From contig NC_135806.1 of assembly GCF_964213995.1 (NCBI RefSeq), positions 139,686,001 through 139,750,000 on the forward strand: a stretch of 64,000 nucleotides of DNA, given 5' to 3'. Positions within the stretch are counted from its first letter, which is position 1. Each line of letters opens with the position of its first letter. This document shows, one piece after another, positions 63,113 to 64,000 of this stretch. Made by a program: the position numbers and the translations under genes. A model generated the notes under the pieces. That model saw nothing but the letters and a program-made list of their open reading frames with translations, made no database searches and was not told the origin of the DNA. This stretch comes from Mustelus asterias. Lineage: Eukaryota.

Positions 63113-63712
63113 GATTTTACTCTAATGCAGGGGTCTTACAACCATTCCCCTATACTAAACATGTTAATTTAACTCTTACACTCAATATACTGAGTCTGTC
63201 ATTGAGTGAACATAGGTCTTTCACAGTCAGATTTGAGATAGTTTGCAGACTGACATTGGGCAATATGGAGTGAGTTACAGGCTGGAATCCAATTGAAGGG
63301 TTTCAGAGTCCAATCTTGATGCAGCAACAGTGCAAACTTCCTCTTCAGAAACAATGTTGAAACTTTGGTGAAAATTGGAAAATCTCTCCCTCAAATGCTG
63401 TGGGGTCAATTGAGAATCTCAGAATTGAGATGGATTGTTTTCTGTTTGGTAAGGATATGAGAGATGTGGGACCAAGGCAAGTCAATGGAATTAGGATACT
63501 AATCAGCCTTGATCACATTGAATCTGAGCACAGGCTGGAGAGCCTGAATGTTTCATGTTCTTTGTACCTTGCTGGAAACCTGACAATCTTTCTCTACTCT
63601 GTTCCTCAAACTCTGCATTAGACATTCACCCACTCTCAACCCTACAGCGAAGTAGTAAAAAGGACAATTTAGGCAACAAGATAAATTTGATTAATTATTA
63701 AAAAGCACCTAC

Positions 63713-63773
63713 TGAGACCCCGTACTGAGACCGACAGCAAGACAGTGGAAAGCCAAACGTAAACAGAACCCAT
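63713..63773 (-). CDS. Signal-peptide exon of Siglec-15-like single-Ig receptor
   Basis: gagATGG Kozak context; MGSVYVWLSTVLLSVSVRGL plus 1 nt, then gtaggt donor; the phase-1 end matches the V exon. Confidence 0.75.
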
Positions 63774-63841
63774 CTCCAATTCTTCAGTGTTTTGTCTTTC
63801 TCACTCAGAGGTCCTTGTCTTTTGACACCAAAATACAGAAG

Positions 63842-63923
63842 TTGCTCAAAATGTTTCTTCACTTCTCGTGAAATCACCCAAAACTGATAAAAATCTCTCT
63901 AAATCTACTGTCTAACAGGAAGT
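63842..63923 (-). promoter_or_regulatory. Putative proximal promoter motifs of the Siglec-15-like gene
   Basis: TTGCTCAA (C/EBP-like, 63842-63849), TGATAA (GATA, 63885-63890) and CAGGAAGT (ETS, 63916-63923) lie within 150 bp upstream of the ATG; motif match only. Confidence 0.3.
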
Positions 63924-64000
63924 CTGTTTAATTTTAGAAAAGTGTCAGAAAAACTCTGTCAGCAACTGTGGAGAGAGAAACAGTTTCAAGTCCTCTTCAG

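Overview
Repeat-rich vertebrate genomic DNA. The CR1 LINE, V-SINE-like, DeuSINE-like and Penelope repeat content points to a shark or other cartilaginous fish (inference). Two convergent protein-coding genes can be reconstructed by hand. (1) Plus strand: the last 13 coding exons (4979-30970, 490 aa plus stop, all GT-AG with matching phases) of the sodium-dependent multivitamin transporter slc5a6, ending in the PDZ ligand QETSL. Its 5' coding exons were not found and probably lie upstream of the window. (2) Minus strand: an apparently complete 4-exon gene of about 180 aa (leader 63713-63773, Ig V-set 59563-59910, TM 55488-55587, tail 53128-53161). It encodes a Siglec-15-like receptor with only one Ig domain, Leu at the position of the essential sialic-acid-binding Arg, a Lys in the TM helix and a short tyrosine-free tail, so it is a candidate undescribed DAP12/DAP10-coupled activating receptor. 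The rest is mostly 5'-truncated CR1 LINEs, several tRNA-derived SINE families, Penelope-like fragments carrying minimal hammerhead-ribozyme motifs, transposon-derived minisatellites and a 200-N gap. Repeat boundaries are approximate, read by eye; family names come from recalled motifs, not a database search.
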